64,000 nt of DNA from Octopus vulgaris (Eukaryota): positions 24,676,001-24,740,000 of the forward strand of contig OX597836.1 in assembly GCA_951406725.2 (NCBI GenBank), given 5' to 3'. Positions 39,573 to 54,403 of the stretch are shown here, piece after piece (positions within the stretch are counted from its first letter, which is position 1; each line of letters starts with the position of its first letter). A model generated the notes under the pieces. It did not search any database. It was not told where the DNA came from and saw nothing but the letters and a program-made list of their open reading frames with translations. The translations under genes and the position numbers were made by a program.

Positions 39573-39943
39573 TAATTTATTCAAATTCTAAAGATAAACC
39601 TAATAATTAGTTCTAATTAAGAAATACACTCGAATTCCAGTAATTCTAAGTCTTGGCTTTCGAAAAGATAACAATATTAGATTTATGTTGTAAACTTAAG
39701 TAGTTTTAGGAAGCCATAGAATTAACAACAACTGACCATTGGCTTGTGTTGTTCTCTTCAGTTTAAAGGGAAGCTTGTGACGTGACTCGTCTAAGGTAAT
39801 TTATTGTTAATACGGTTATATAAGGCACAATTAACACATATTTTAGACTACAATTATTTTATTGACCATGGAAAAATAAAACGCAAAGACCTCCTTGTCA
39901 GATTTGAACTCAGGACGTCAAGATACCCAACTAAATAAGCTGA

Positions 39944-39977
<34 letters not shown>

Positions 39978-42127
39978 CTTCTAACAATGCTTTGTATTCA
40001 TTCACTTGGTGTAAGGCGGCGAGCTGGCAGAATCGTTAGCACGTCTGCCAAAATGTTTTGAAGAATTTCGTTTGACTTTACGTTCTGAGTTCAAATGCCA
40101 CCGAGGACGACTTTGCTTTTCATCTGTTCGGGGTCGATAAAATAAGTACCAATTGTAACCTATACTGAATTTATGTTACATAGATATCTTCATGTTTGAT
40201 TTCTGTTTTACTCTGTGAAAATACATACCAATTCTTTCAGCCACTGGTTTGTACCGGAGTTTCCTATTCCTATAAATTGTAATTCATGGCATTACTACAT
40301 TGAATACCAGCCTTAATGTGTAGATAGCTGGGAATTCATAAGGAGTGCTGTATTAGGAATACGCCAACACTTTACTACATTCATATATAGGAAGGAAGCG
40401 AGAGCAGGTGAGAAATATTTGATAGAGATATGAAGATAAATAGAATTGGAAAAGATTCTTGGTTATATCTGCTAACATGTAATATTCTAAATAAATGAGG
40501 TTTATTTATTTATTCAACGTAATTAACAAAGACTAAACTGTTTCCGGCAGACGATCCGTACAACGTGGAAGACTCGAGAACTACTTCGTTTAAACATTAC
40601 TACACTTTAAACAAAACCAACTCATAGTTGGTCTATCTGTTTATTTAATTTCATCATTTTGTTTTCCGAAGCAGCCTGCGTTTTTATTCTATTTTACATT
40701 ACATTTGTTTTTTCAAGAGCTTGCCCTCATTTAATATGCAATCGTAAAATCTGATAGAAACTGATACAACAAATCTGATATTGTCATCAATCACATCATC
40801 ATCCTCCTCATCATCATCATCATCGTTGCCATCAGTCTCATTGCTGTTGTAATCATAGGAAAGGTCGGTTAGCGTTTTTATTCTCATAAAGCAATTCTCC
40901 ATATCGGCCGTGATTGTCATGAGAACCCTTGAACCAGAGAGGGAATTTCTCAGCGTTCTTGCGATCCGCTACAAATGGCAGCCAAATGACCTCTGAATTT
41001 GACCCTACCACCTTCAGAAATATTATAACACATTTAGTCCTCAATACACTCTTCCAGGAAAGAAGTTAGAGCCGTCACAATGGGAAAACTTACATCGCGA
41101 GTTTGTTCATTTAAGGGTTATCCCGGTTTTAAACAGCAGCATTAATAATCCTTTCTCCTATAGGCACAAGGCTTGAAATTTGTGGGGAGGGGGTTAGTCG
41201 ATTGAATCGACCTCAGTACTCAACTGGTACTCCGAAAGGATGAAAGGCAAAGTCGACCTCGGCGGAATTTGAACTCAGAACGTAAAGACTTACGAAATAC
41301 CTATTTCTTTACTACCTACAAGGGGCTAAACACAGAGGAGACCCCAGTGCGTAACTGGTACTTAATTTATCGACCCCAGTGCGTAACTGGTACTTAATTT
41401 ATCGACCCCGAAATGATGAAAGGCAAAGTCGACCTCGGCGGAATTTGAACTCAGAACGTAGCGGCAGACGAAATACTGCTAAGCATTTCGCCCGGCGTGC
41501 TAACGTTTCTGCCAACTCGCCGCCTTCCAATTAGTATTTATCGATGAACTGCAAGTTGAAGCACCAATATCAGGTGCCTCTGGGGAATAGAACTTTTGCC
41601 AAAAACCATTTTGGGGATCTCTAGAAACATATACCAGAACAATAAACTATTCTGTGGGTAATTTTGGATGTAGGAAGTCCGAGTAGAAGTATCGAAAGAT
41701 GTTCGGTAATATGACCCAATCAAAGTGGTGGCCCCGCAGATGTGTGATGAAGGATTGCTCTAATTGCCTTTTATGCTCCTTAAATTATATTTTCTTAATT
41801 GCTGGCGGTTTATAATATTCTTTTAAAACTTTGTATAATAAAAAAATTTGTTAACATATCTCAAAAGATCGTCGAACGTCCTTGATCTTCTCGTTGCTAT
41901 AAAGCTGTCTTTGCACACACCCACGCGACCTTTAGTTTCTTTTACGTAATAGTCAGATTATAATGTTTTATTTTACCGTCCAAGAACAGGAGACAAATTA
42001 CAAATTAGAAATTACCAAGCAAAGGAAACAGTAAAACGCTTAAATTCCCAAGATGCAATTCTCGTCTGTGTATGTGTGTATGCATGCGTGTGTGTGTAAT
42101 AAATTGAGAGATAGACAGACATAGAAC

Positions 42128-42193
<66 letters not shown>

Positions 42194-42217
42194 CAAACAG
42201 ATGGACAGATGGACAGC

Positions 42218-42298
<81 letters not shown>

Positions 42299-43212
42299 TA
42301 AAAATTAACTTTTGGAAGATAATTTTTCCAAACTTCCGATATTTTTCTTGTAAACAGCAGCAGATAGTAGCTTAATAAAAGAGTAAACTATATTTGAAAT
42401 GCTAAAGGTTAGCGTTAGGTGATGCTATCAGAGAAAGCAGACAGAGATAAACGGAGGAAGTAGTAAATCAAACAAATATACCACTACGTACCGTATATTT
42501 AGTAAGTTTGAGGTGAATAAAAAAGAACGGGAACGTCACGTGAGGTCGACTTTGCCTTTCATCCTTTCGGGATCGATAAATTAAGTACCAGTTACGCACT
42601 GGGGTCGATGTAATCGACTTAATCCGTGTGTCTATCCTTGTTTGTCCTCTCTGTGTTTAGCACCTTGTGGGTAGTAAAGAAATCGGTATTTCGTCTGCCG
42701 TTACGTTCTGAGTTCAAATTCCGCCGAGGCCGACTTTGCCTTTAAAAGGCGGCGAGCTGGCAGAATCGTTAGCACGCTAGGCGAAATGCTTAGCGTCATT
42801 TATTATTCTATTTTAGTAGTTTGTTGTTAAAGTTTATCCCTAGGTTAACTCTTACAAAGCCCTCAATTAAAGTCAAAGACGTTCCAGTTATGGCCATCTC
42901 TCAACAATTGTGCATCTGTCTGTAAGACTCCAGTATTCAATGTGTCATCTTTTCAAGAAGACAATAAGTTGCCATTAAGGGAGATTTGGTCGCTATTTGT
43001 AACTGGGTGAACAACTGTGTAGAGGTGGTGTTCTTGTTGGTTCATTATGACATCTTGTCGCATGAAGTATATAATGCGACTTAGATCCTTCTTTTCAAAT
43101 AAAATTTCAACGAAACCCGGTCATGCTCACGCATCTAACCTCAGACACAATTTCAGAGAATGTATACAGGGTATTTTCTGGGTCGATTACAGTTTTTATT
43201 GACTTTAGACAT

Positions 43213-43551
43213 CTATCTATCTATCCGCTCAGTCGAAGTCGACTCTCGGTTACTCGTTGGATCAGTGTCCTTCAGTCAGTTCTATCTTGGGCCGCTTCTT
43301 TCAGACTGGCTATGTCCATTCCGGTATCACTCTTGATGGTGTCCAGCCAGCGGGTTCTTGGTCGGCCTCTTCCTCTCTTGCCACTGACCATTCCGAGCAT
43401 GATATCCTTCTCCAGGGATTTTCTCCGCATAACATGACCGAAATATGCCAATCTATGCTTGGTGATCCTAGCTTCTAGCGACATTTTCGGCCTGATCTGC
43501 CTAAGAACTTCTCCATTGGTGAGCTTTGCTGTCCATGGAATCCGTAAATGT
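43213..43551 (-). mobile_element. 5'-truncated RTE/BovB-like LINE with a 10-bp target-site duplication
   Basis: LRIPWTAKLTN...RLAYFGHVMRR..LEKDIMLG...GKRGRGRPRTRWLD, with a (ATAG)n tail. TSD ctttagacat at 43203-43212 and 43552-43561. Confidence 0.9.
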
Positions 43552-44993
43552 CTTTAGACATATTGCAATGATAATCTATCTGTTGTCGTTTAGTCATTTT
43601 ATAATTTGTTTTTAAGACTACACTGTTTAATGTGAGGAAGATTTTGTTGTTATTTCTAACAGATCAAGCCATTTGGTAGAGGCTCCTTCATTTGTTCGTG
43701 CAATCTCTGTATCAAAATGTAAAACTAACTTCTATCAGCCCAAGGAGGATCAATTATTTTATAGAAATTCCCTTTTTTAATCTGCGCAGTTGATCGATCG
43801 TCTCTTCCCTTCTAATCGATGATATCAAAGTTGAATACTGATATGGGCACCGGAAGATTATTGATTTGGATAGTGTAGCTGGCGTAGTTGAGTGTTAGGT
43901 GAGTTCATCGTGAGTATTTGAGGAATGTTCTCATTCAGCATTCATTAACAGATACTTTTGCTCATATGACTGCGCAGTTATTTATCAAAGTCCTGTAGGA
44001 CGGTCCTTTCGTCCGTCCGAACACGAGATGAGGTTCAGACTAGACAAGCTAACCTGTTTTAAACAACAACGACAAGTACACGTATTTATTTTGATGCGAG
44101 CTGGCAGAGACGTTAGCACACCGGGCGAAATGCTTAGCGGTATTTCGTCTGTCTTTAGGTTCTGAGTTCAAATTCCGCCAAGGTAAACTTTGCCTTTCAT
44201 CCTTTCGGGGACTATAATTTAAGTACCAGTTGCGTACTGGGGTCGATCTAATCGACTGGCCCCCTCCCCAAAAATTTCGGGCCTTGTACCTAGAGTAGAA
44301 AAGTATATTATCTTCAAGTGGCAACCATCTTCAGACCAGAACTGTCATCTGCATACAGATGACCTCAGAATGTTTTGTATTCATGGGCAGTTTAGTGTTA
44401 CTCAAGTCTTGCATAATTCCTTTAATCTTACTCAAGTGAAAATCCAAATTACTCGGCAATTCATTTTGTTGCTCAGCGATGATACGAACGATAAAAAGCT
44501 AGCGGGAACAGAAAATTTTTTAAAAAAACTGAGGTAAAGCGATCAATCACGCAAAGATGAGAAAAATGCAACAACAGTGTTTCGTTTCTGTTTCTTTATA
44601 TTCTGAATTCAAATCCTCTGAGGGTTTAACTTTGCCTTTCATCCTTACTGTGTCGGTAAACTAAACCCCAGATGAGTAAGTAGGGTCGAAGTAGTCGACT
44701 AAGCTCTATTTCCACAAACTGTACAGTTTTATTGGCAGGGGCCTATAAACAGTGAAGAGGAGCTGGAGAGGCGCGATAGACATCGGCACCAGTTAAAGTG
44801 CTTTTACTATTTCTTTTGTCACATGACGTGACTCTTTCTGAATCTAACTTACTAATCTGTCTTGCATCTGGTCCTTTACAAGTTACACAGTTTAAAGGAA
44901 CATATGATGCTCCTTATCGATAAATATTATGTTCAGTAAGATATCTGTTGATGGGGTATTTTAGTATGATACAAATAGTTCAAAAAAAGGTCT

Positions 44994-45021
44994 AACGTTT
45001 CGATCAGAGTTACTTCATCAG
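44994..45021 (-). ncRNA. Degenerate hammerhead motif
   Basis: Minus strand: CTGATGAAG-taactctgat-CGAAACGTT. Core boxes have the right spacing but the helices are poor. Confidence 0.3.
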
Positions 45022-47569
45022 TTTGAAAACTAAATGTTAACTGACATTTCACATTTCAACTAAACATCAACATTTCTTTCCAACAGGTTTGTTCGGCCTC
45101 AAACCTTAAGACTCATTTGTATCCTCGCCACATAAATCACGTTCCCGTTTCAATAATGTGTATTTCCTTTGCCCAACACCTAACTTCGTTAGTACCTGTG
45201 TCTTCTACTGCTTACACTTATATCATTATTTTAAGTATGATGAGTCAGGAAGAAACAACTAACGCTTAATTATCTGCTTTTTGTATCCGAGAATAAAAGA
45301 AATCAAACAATTACCTGACACTCGATTTTATTTCCTGTCTGTCTCTAATAAGCTTTTTTAAGAAGGCAATCCTAATATGCCGCCATGTTTAACACCACCT
45401 TCACCTATTCGCGGGCCTCTTGTGGACTTCATTTCTTGTAAGTCTCCGGAGCAGATCTCCAGTTCTTTCCCCACCAACGTTTTCTCTTCTTTTTTTTCTA
45501 TTTAATACGTTACATGGTTAGGTGAGAAGGCATTTCCCTTTTTGGTTTATTAGAAACACCTCTGTGGATACTACGTTTTTGTATGTTAACTATAGACTGA
45601 GGGACCGATTCATAAGTGGTATCATGTGACATCAAGTGGTGTCACGTGACACCAAGTAGACAGTCTGAATTGAACATCGCTGCCTAATGAAAATTTTGTA
45701 TATTTTCCAGTGTCCTATCACTTCCTAGGGAACCCATTAACAACCGTGAGGAATCTTCAGTTTTTATTTAATCTTTCAAGCAGGACTTCACGCGATTTCC
45801 AAGACTAGTGCGAAAGAGGGAAGGTATTTGCAAAGCGGGGACCTCACCCGAATGCTTAAATCAGACTGAACTCACTCAGCTAAAGCTACCCAAGGTCGGG
45901 TCGTTTGTGTTAAGCTAAGCAATGGATTAAGGCTGTCTCATAAGTAGGTCGTGATGAAATTTGAATTCAGAACGCAAAGAGCCAGGAAAAAATACTGATC
46001 CGACATTTTTGCAGCCCCACTTAGCCACCGACTTAAACTGGTTCTTTTTTATCAATCCCCGAAAGGATTAAAACGAACGTTTACTTCAGCGATATTAGAA
46101 CTCAGAACCTAGCGAGTCAGAAATACCGCTAAACGCTCTAATGACTCTTCCATTTCGCTATCTTGACTGAGTTAAACGCCATGACAAGAGACAACACATA
46201 CTACCTGTAAACGGCGTAACAACTTTACATTATTCAACCAAAAGATTCTCTATTTATTCAATAGGAATGGCTGTGTTGTAAGTAGCTTGTTTACCAACTA
46301 CGTGGCACCTTGGGCAAGTGTCTTCTACTATAGCCTCGGGCCGACCAAAGCTTGTGAGTGGATTTGGTAGACGGAAACTGAAAGCCCGTCGTACATATGT
46401 ATATATATATATATGTGTGTGTGTGTGTGCGTGTATGTTTGTGTTTCTGTGTTTGTCCCCCTAGCATTGCTTGACAACCGATGCTGGTGTGTTTATGTCC
46501 CCGTCACTTAGCGGTTCGGCAAAAGAGACCGATAGAATAAGTACTGGGCTTACAAAAGAATAAGTCCCGGGGTCGAGTTGCTCGATTAAAGGCGATCGAT
46601 GCTCCAGCATGGTCACAGTCAAATGACTGAAACAAGTAGAAGAGTAATTCGTCAGAAACTATACCGTTTCTATTTGCATCGTCAAAGGCCTGATTCCTAG
46701 CTTCTCGCCTATTTGTGTTCATAATCTTCTTCTTCCTTGTGTCAATTCAGTAACAGATGGTGTATATATGGAAAACTATAAATACGAGTGTATGTCGGCA
46801 TGTGTTCGTGGTGCGTATAATATTGTTGAACGTCTCCTCCGGTTACGTAACTATTACTGGAAAGCTCTCTTGCCCTCGATAACTCCCGCTGTCTCCTGTC
46901 CTTCATTGCGCATCTCTCTTATTTCTCTTTCTCTCTTTCTCTCTCATTGTATCTTCTTACTCTATCATTATTATTCTTTCTTTCATACATAATATGTGTG
47001 TGTATGTGTATGTATATGTGTGTAGGGGGGGGGTGTATGCGTTCGCGTCATTTTATTCTTTTATTTGTTTTACCCATTTGACTGCGGCCATGTTGGAGCA
47101 CCGCCTTTAGTCGAACAAATCGACCCGGGGACTTATTCTTTATAAGCCTAGTACTTATTCTGTAGGTCTCTTTTACCAAACCGCTAAGTTACGGGAACAT
47201 AAACACACCAACATCGGTTGTCAAGCGACGGTGAGGGGACAAATTCAGACACACAAGCATATACATATACGTATATATATATATCTATATATATATATAT
47301 ATATATATATGACGGGCTTCTTTCAGTTTCCGTCTACCAAATCCATCCACAAGGCTTTGGTCGGTCCGAGGATATAGTAGAAGATACTTGCCCAAGGTGC
47401 CACACAGTGGGACTGAACACAGAACCATGTGGTTGGGAAGCAAGCTTCTTCCCAAACAGGCTTGCCGGCGCCTGTTATATATGCAAATTAAAGAAATCTC
47501 GATCCTAAACTACAAATTTGACGGATAAATTGTCGCTATTTTATATATTTAATTTCGCGCATGCGCATT

Positions 47570-48362
47570 GTTTTTTATTTTGTCGACTACACAGTAGAGT
47601 AGTGTCAGTTGGGCATCGTCTGCGAGGGAAAACGCCACAACGACGCAATTCGCTCTGCCAGAAACTTGGAAAAGACATGCTGTACTGCTTGGTGTTTGCG
47701 ACAGAAGCTGCAATACGAACATTTCAGCTTGTTTGGGTGTCAATCTGAGGACATGTACCGAGAGTGAAAAAAATCAAACATCCAATCAACATCATGATGT
47801 TTGGAGTAATCACTAGTGATGACAATGTTATGCCTCCATTCATCATACCATACGGCCTTACACTCAACATCAAGTGCCTGGAGGAGCTAGTGCTGCCCTG
47901 GGTCAAGAGGGTGGCTGCTGAAAGACACCATGTCTAGCAACAGGACAGTGCCCCATGCCACACAAACAGGAGAACCCAGTCATGGCTGTCAGACATTTTC
48001 TGCGACCACATCACCCTTAACATCTAGCCACCTAACTCCTCAGATTGCAACCCACTTGGTTATTATATGTGGGGCGCAGTTGAGCGAGAGACCAACAAAA
48101 CTCCTTGCAAGAGCAAAGATGAGCTAAAGACAAGGATTATAGCAGCATTCACCAACTTAAACAGGAAGACAATCCAGAAGAGTTGCAGGAGATTCCGAAG
48201 TCGTCTGGAGACCGTGGTTGAAGCCAATGGAGATTTTATTGAATAAATTTACTCTTTAGTATTTCAAGATATTTCTATGTAATTTTGGTAAATATATCAG
48301 TTAAAATAAGTTGTCAGTGTTATTTTCCTTTTTGCATAACATAGACGATAGTTTATTCACCG

Positions 48363-48368
<6 letters not shown>
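47570..48368 (+). mobile_element. Decayed Tc1/mariner (maT/DD37D-like) transposase relic
   Basis: IMMFGVITSD..VMPP, QQDSAPCHT, *PPNSSDCNPLGYYMWG and RFRSRLETVVEANGDFIE* (stop 48244-48246). The 5' boundary is approximate. Confidence 0.85.
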
Positions 48369-48435
<67 letters not shown>

Positions 48436-49140
48436 GTTTTTATATTATAGTAAAAACGATTTCACATTAAATTGAAAGATTACTCAATACATGTGGCAGA
48501 GGAGGTCAAATTTACTATACTTTGACAAAAATAGTATTGATAGTGACTTCGAAGTTGCAGCCAGCTAATCCATCCGCGGAGTGTCTCGACAAGATTTTCT
48601 AATTTCTACATAACAGACACACACACATATCTGACAATCTGTCGATTCTATTCTCATTAAAGGTGAATGTGTGTATGCATGTCTGTATATATGCATGTAC
48701 GTATATACATATGTATATATGTTTGTATGTATGTATGTATGTATGTCATTTTCTAAAAATTGTTAATACAGTTATTGTTCGATATTTTCTTATTCAGATA
48801 TTCTTCCATTTTGTTTTATTTGAGACGAAATGCTGCGTCCGTTATGGCGATGGATTGCCGAAAAAGTTCATGGAAAATTTTGAATTTTATTAAATACTTC
48901 TAAACGAAGAAGAATTGTCTTCCCAGGTTCTTTTAGAGTTATGGTGGGATCCTTAAACTGGGAACCGCAGATTTTGCAGACAATGCCTAACGAATCTGGC
49001 GAGCTTACTTAGATGTCTGTCTTGGGTACGAAAAGAAAAACCGAAACAAACCGAATATGCACACGCCACACACACGCACACACGTACACACACACACGCA
49101 CGTACACACACACACGCACACACACACGTACACACATACA

Positions 49141-49264
<124 letters not shown>

Positions 49265-50178
49265 TCTATCAATAATAGCAAGAAAAAAATAAGAAAGTCA
49301 GGCAACAACGAAATGAAATAAAATATTAAGAGTCCATCGTATTTGTGCTGTAAAAATGTATTTCAAGAAATTTGCAAATGTAATACAGCGTTTATAACGA
49401 AAGTGGGAAAACAATTCCCAAAAAATATATTTAGAATTCCCTAATTATTTCATTCCTCAGATCTCATCAAGGAGTACATATATAAATATATATATATATA
49501 CATACATATATATATATATATGTAAGTAATTGTAAACAGGCGGTTTTTTTTTTTTTTTTTTACTTTATGTTGTTCAAATCTTTATAACACACTTTCTTTC
49601 TTTTATACATGTTGCGACGATTTTAAAATACCTCTTATTAATTTTATTTCTCGTATTTATTTCGACTTTTTAACCATTCTGGTCTTCCATGGAAATCTCG
49701 CTTTATTTCTCTGAAACCGTCGTACCTAATATTTTTAACAGATTAAATTCTATTTCTTTTTTTTCTGTTATTTTTTCTTTTCCTTTTTGTAAAGATACAT
49801 TTTACAATTTTTATGCCGCTTTCAACTATTAGCATTTTATTTTTAACTCATCTTCATTCAATATTAATTTATGTCTCATACATTATCTATTCTCTAAGCG
49901 GCCATATTTAACCGGACGTTTTGATTATAACCAGAAACTTTAACTTACAAGAAACAAAATTGATTCTAATCTCGTTTTCTTCCTGTGTTACTGTTTGTTA
50001 TTATATTTAGATCCATTTTTATTAAATCAAATAATTATAATTTACTATTTTAAATATCAATTATATTCATTTGTACTGTTTGTATATTCGTTTTTGCTCA
50101 GATTTTAAAACAAAACTTAAGTATAACATAAGTTTCTGTTTGACGCCTGCGTAAAGTCCCAAATCAAACAACGACTAT

Positions 50179-50262
<84 letters not shown>

Positions 50263-50473
50263 ATGACGCCGTATTTATATTTACAGAAAATTGTCTATTC
50301 GAAATATTTGTACAAATAAACATTGCAAATTTAAATATGGATATATGTATATATACACTCCACTGTGCAACATCACGCTCCCATATTTCTACTTGTGTGC
50401 ATAAATGCATATATATAATTGTATATATATGTGTATATATATATATTTATATATGTATATATATACATATATA

Positions 50474-50509
<36 letters not shown>

Positions 50510-50789
50510 CATATGTATACATATATATATATATAAGTATATGTATATATATGCATATATATATGTATAAATATATATATGTATATGCACAAACACACAC
50601 ACCCGCACACTCACACAGGCACACATACATATGCCAAGAGGCAACACACATTATTTACTAATTTTTCTTTAAGTTCACATTGAAATATTTAAAATCAAAA
50701 TTGCAAAGCAAAAAAAGAAGAGAAAAAAATCTAAATGATAGAATGGAAAAAGAAAGAAAGGAAAAAGAAATGAAAACAAAAAGGAAAAA

Positions 50790-50871
<82 letters not shown>

Positions 50872-51238
50872 GTGATTGTGAAGATAATCAAAGAAATAAA
50901 CAAAAAAGCAAGAAGATATATGTAAAGAAAAAGAAATTGAAAGAATTTGAATTAGAAAGAGAAAGAGGGGAATAGGAATAAAATCATATAACATATGAAC
51001 GATGACGTCACATACGTCAGTAGCTTTTTTATTGTTTTTTTTTCTTAGTTAATTTAGGAAGTGATTGTCATCACCATTATATATATTTTTTTCTTTGCTT
51101 TTCTTCCATTATATTCGTTATTAACTTTGAGGAACCATTATAGGTTTTTGGTTTAGAGACGAAAAAAAATTTCTTCCATTATTTTCGAATAAAAGAGTAT
51201 TAGCTGCTAGGGAAATCTTTTGTAAAGTAATAACCTAA

Positions 51239-51286
<48 letters not shown>

Positions 51287-51851
51287 AAGGAAGAAAAGAG
51301 AGACAACTTAATTTTTTTAATTCAGTAATTGGTTATTTTATTTTAAAATAATGGAGGTGTACTTCCAAAGGCTGAGATTTTTTTTTTTTTTCGGGGAAGA
51401 CAAATTTTGAAAAAAAAGGTGGGAGATATATGAGTACAATGGGGGTGGGGTAAAAGGGTCGTTATATATTTTTGACTAATAATTCCAAATTAAAAGACAG
51501 AAAAAATACTAAAATTGATTTATTTATTGAAATATTAAAATCGAAATCGATATTTTATTTATTATTTTTTCAATTATTCATTACTAAAATTGAATTTGAA
51601 ATTAAAAATAGAAATAGACAGACTGAATAAAAAAATTTTTTATTTCGTTTATTAGTTGGAATGTATCGTTTAATTATTCTATCTATTCTATAAACCATTT
51701 TGCAAGGAACAAAGAAACAATTGGATAATTGCCTTATTGAAAAAATGTTAAATATGAAAGAAAAAATAAATCGAAATTAAAAATATTTAACAAATTTCGA
51801 ATTTCGAAAAAAAGAAAACATACGAAAAACACAAAAAAAGGTAAGTAAACT

Positions 51852-51904
<53 letters not shown>

Positions 51905-52040
51905 ACTTTGCTAATAAAACGTTGCATAAGATATAATCATATTCATTAAGTTATTTTATTAATAATCAGTGAGGGAGAGAGGGAAAGGATGAGGCTGGGA
52001 ACGGGGAGCGCTAGAATTGAATCTGCACAAAGCCGTAACC

Positions 52041-52046
52041 TTTATT
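52041..52046 (-). terminator. Candidate polyadenylation signal (AATAAA) of rhodopsin
   Basis: First minus-strand AATAAA noticed, about 450 nt after the stop. Further candidates lie near 51955 and 51520-51650. Confidence 0.3.
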
Positions 52047-52497
52047 ATTTAGACAATATTTACATGCAACTCTTTGGAAGAGAAACCAAACTTTAATTAG
52101 AAATATCGTTAATTATCTACCAGGTGATATTGACATCATCCGTGCAGGGCCAGAGGTCAATGAAAGGAGCTCATCGTTCTGCCGTTTACACCAAGTGCAA
52201 ATCATTGGTTTCCCTTTTTTTTTTTCTTCTTGGGAGAGAAAAATATGAAACAAAACCCTTTTCTTCATCTCTTTCGAAATAATCACCAAATAGAAAAGAT
52301 TTTTAATCTATTTCGCCAAACCATTTTGCTTCAATATTTAAAATAAAAATTTGAAAAAAAAATTTCATAAAAGAGCACAAAAAAAATTTGAACAGGTTTT
52401 TTTTTATGTTTTTCCTTGTTCAAGAGTCTTTCCAGTGACAAGACCTTCTTGTAGTTTCTACAACAGAATTCTAAGTAATTCTTTAAAGTCCTGTCCC

Positions 52498-53543
52498 TCA
52501 AGCTTGATAAGCCTGATTGTCGACTCCTTGGGGTGGTGCTCCTTGGGTTGCATCTCCTTGGGGTGGTGCTCCCTGGGGTGGGTAACCTTGAGGTGGGTAG
52601 CCTTGAGGTGGGTAGGCGCCTTGGGGTGGGTAGCCTTGTGGTGGGTAGCCTTGTGGTGGGTAGCCTTGTGGTGGGTAGCCTTGAGGGGGTGGCTGTGGGT
52701 AGGCAGCCTGTTGTGCTTGCATTTTCTGCATCATTGCCATCATTTCTTTCATTTGTGCAGCATCAACGGATTCACCGCCGCCGCCGCCTTCGGATGGTGC
52801 AACTTCTGCTTCGGCATCGTTAGCATCTTCGCATTCTTTCTCATTGAACTGACAACATGTCAACAACCATGGGAATGTGTTTTGGATGGCCTCTCTGAAC
52901 TTTGGATGGGAAACAGAGTAGACAATTGGGTTGTGGATAGCTGAAGCTTTAGCAAACAGGACAGGCAATTCAGCTGCATAAGGAGTAACCCATTCAGCTG
53001 GCCCAAACTGTGCAAGAAGAGCGATGACGGCGTATGGAGACCAGGAGAGCATGAATTGGGTAATAATTACCATTGAAATTTTGGCAAGTTTCATTTCAGC
53101 GCTCTGGCCAGCCTGTGCCTTACGCAATTCTTTGGCATTCAACCTCTTAGCCATGGCAGCCATTTCCTTTTCGTGGTTGGATACAGACATGACAATGTTG
53201 AAGTAACAGAAAGCGATGATAACTACGGGCAGCATGAAACCCATGAAGTACATGCACAAGATAAAAGATCTGGTATTAGAATCAGTAGACAGGTAATCAA
53301 AAGAGCAAGATGTAAGAATACCTTCAGGGACGTATGCTCCCCAGTTGAAGACGGGGCCGACAGCCCAAACAATGGACCATATCCACACAAAGATAATCAT
53401 GAGGAAAGCTCTTCTATGGGACATTTTCTTGGATGCCGCCATAGGTCTACCGATGACATTGTAACGATCGATGGAGATCATGGCCATGGTATTAATTGAC
53501 ATGAATCCGAAGATACCGCCCAGCAAACCATAAAGTTGACAAG
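52498..53543 (-). CDS. RHO: Rhodopsin, last coding exon (TM3-TM7 plus PPQGY-repeat tail)
   Basis: Acceptor ttctAG (53545-53544). Contains C109/C187, DRY(133-135), E181, Schiff-base K306 (LFAKASA), NPIVY, HPK, a CC palmitoylation pair and the cephalopod (PPQGY)n tail. Spliced CDS is 185+137+1046 = 1368 nt = 455 aa plus stop. Confidence 0.99.
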
Positions 53544-54403
53544 CTAGAAAGAGAGGAAAGAGAGAAAAAACAGTGAAAACAAGAAATACAAATAGACATG
53601 GTGAGGTAGAGATAAGGAGGAAAGATGAAGATAATTAAAGTAGGTGGGGACTAAATAATTGGTAAAAACATTGTTTAGACATCAATCATTTTGAAGGTGC
53701 AGATCGATGAGGATGCAGCTACAAATAGTAGATGTAATATATTGGGTTTTAAAAAATTCCTTTGAATAGAAAAAAAGGCTGAAGATTATCTGCGAGCTCG
53801 ACACTTCATCTTCTATATGGAGACGACAATGAAGCCTCTTATGTGATAGTTCTACGGAAGATACATGGTTGAAGCCCGGCAATAACTTTCAGACTTTGTT
53901 TTCATTCGAGGGTTATTTAATCCAATATATTACATATGCTTCATAGTTGTGTTCATTGTGAAAATCATTTCAATTACGTTTTCTCAATGTAAATGTATTA
54001 ATTAGTGTAAGGATATTAATTACACTAAAAATATTATTCAAAACATTAAAACTTGTTTCGTACATAAGTTATATTTAATGAACTAATATTTTAGCCAACA
54101 TGAATCGCCGTAAAACTGTTGTGTGTTTAAACAGCTAAATACTGTAAGCATTATAATAGTCTATTGTTAACATTATAATGCAATACACTATCAGCTTCAC
54201 TAGATACAATAAATCATCGATTATATTTCGATACAAATAAAAGCAAAACGAATTATTAAACACTCGATATTCTGTGATTTGATTTTAACTTTACGACAGG
54301 TATTTTACTGTATTTCTGTCACAGAGCCCTTGACCAGACGTGCTGTTGTTTCATTTATAAATAACACCGGGTCTACTGGAGATAAGGGAGCCTCTGTGTG
54401 ATA

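Noticed and set aside
51003-51010. Perfect CRE palindrome TGACGTCA downstream of rhodopsin
   Set aside because: A single 8-mer is expected by chance in 64 kb.
52351-52944. 197-aa plus-strand ORF with (WVALW)n repeats
   Set aside because: Antisense shadow of the rhodopsin PPQGY repeats.
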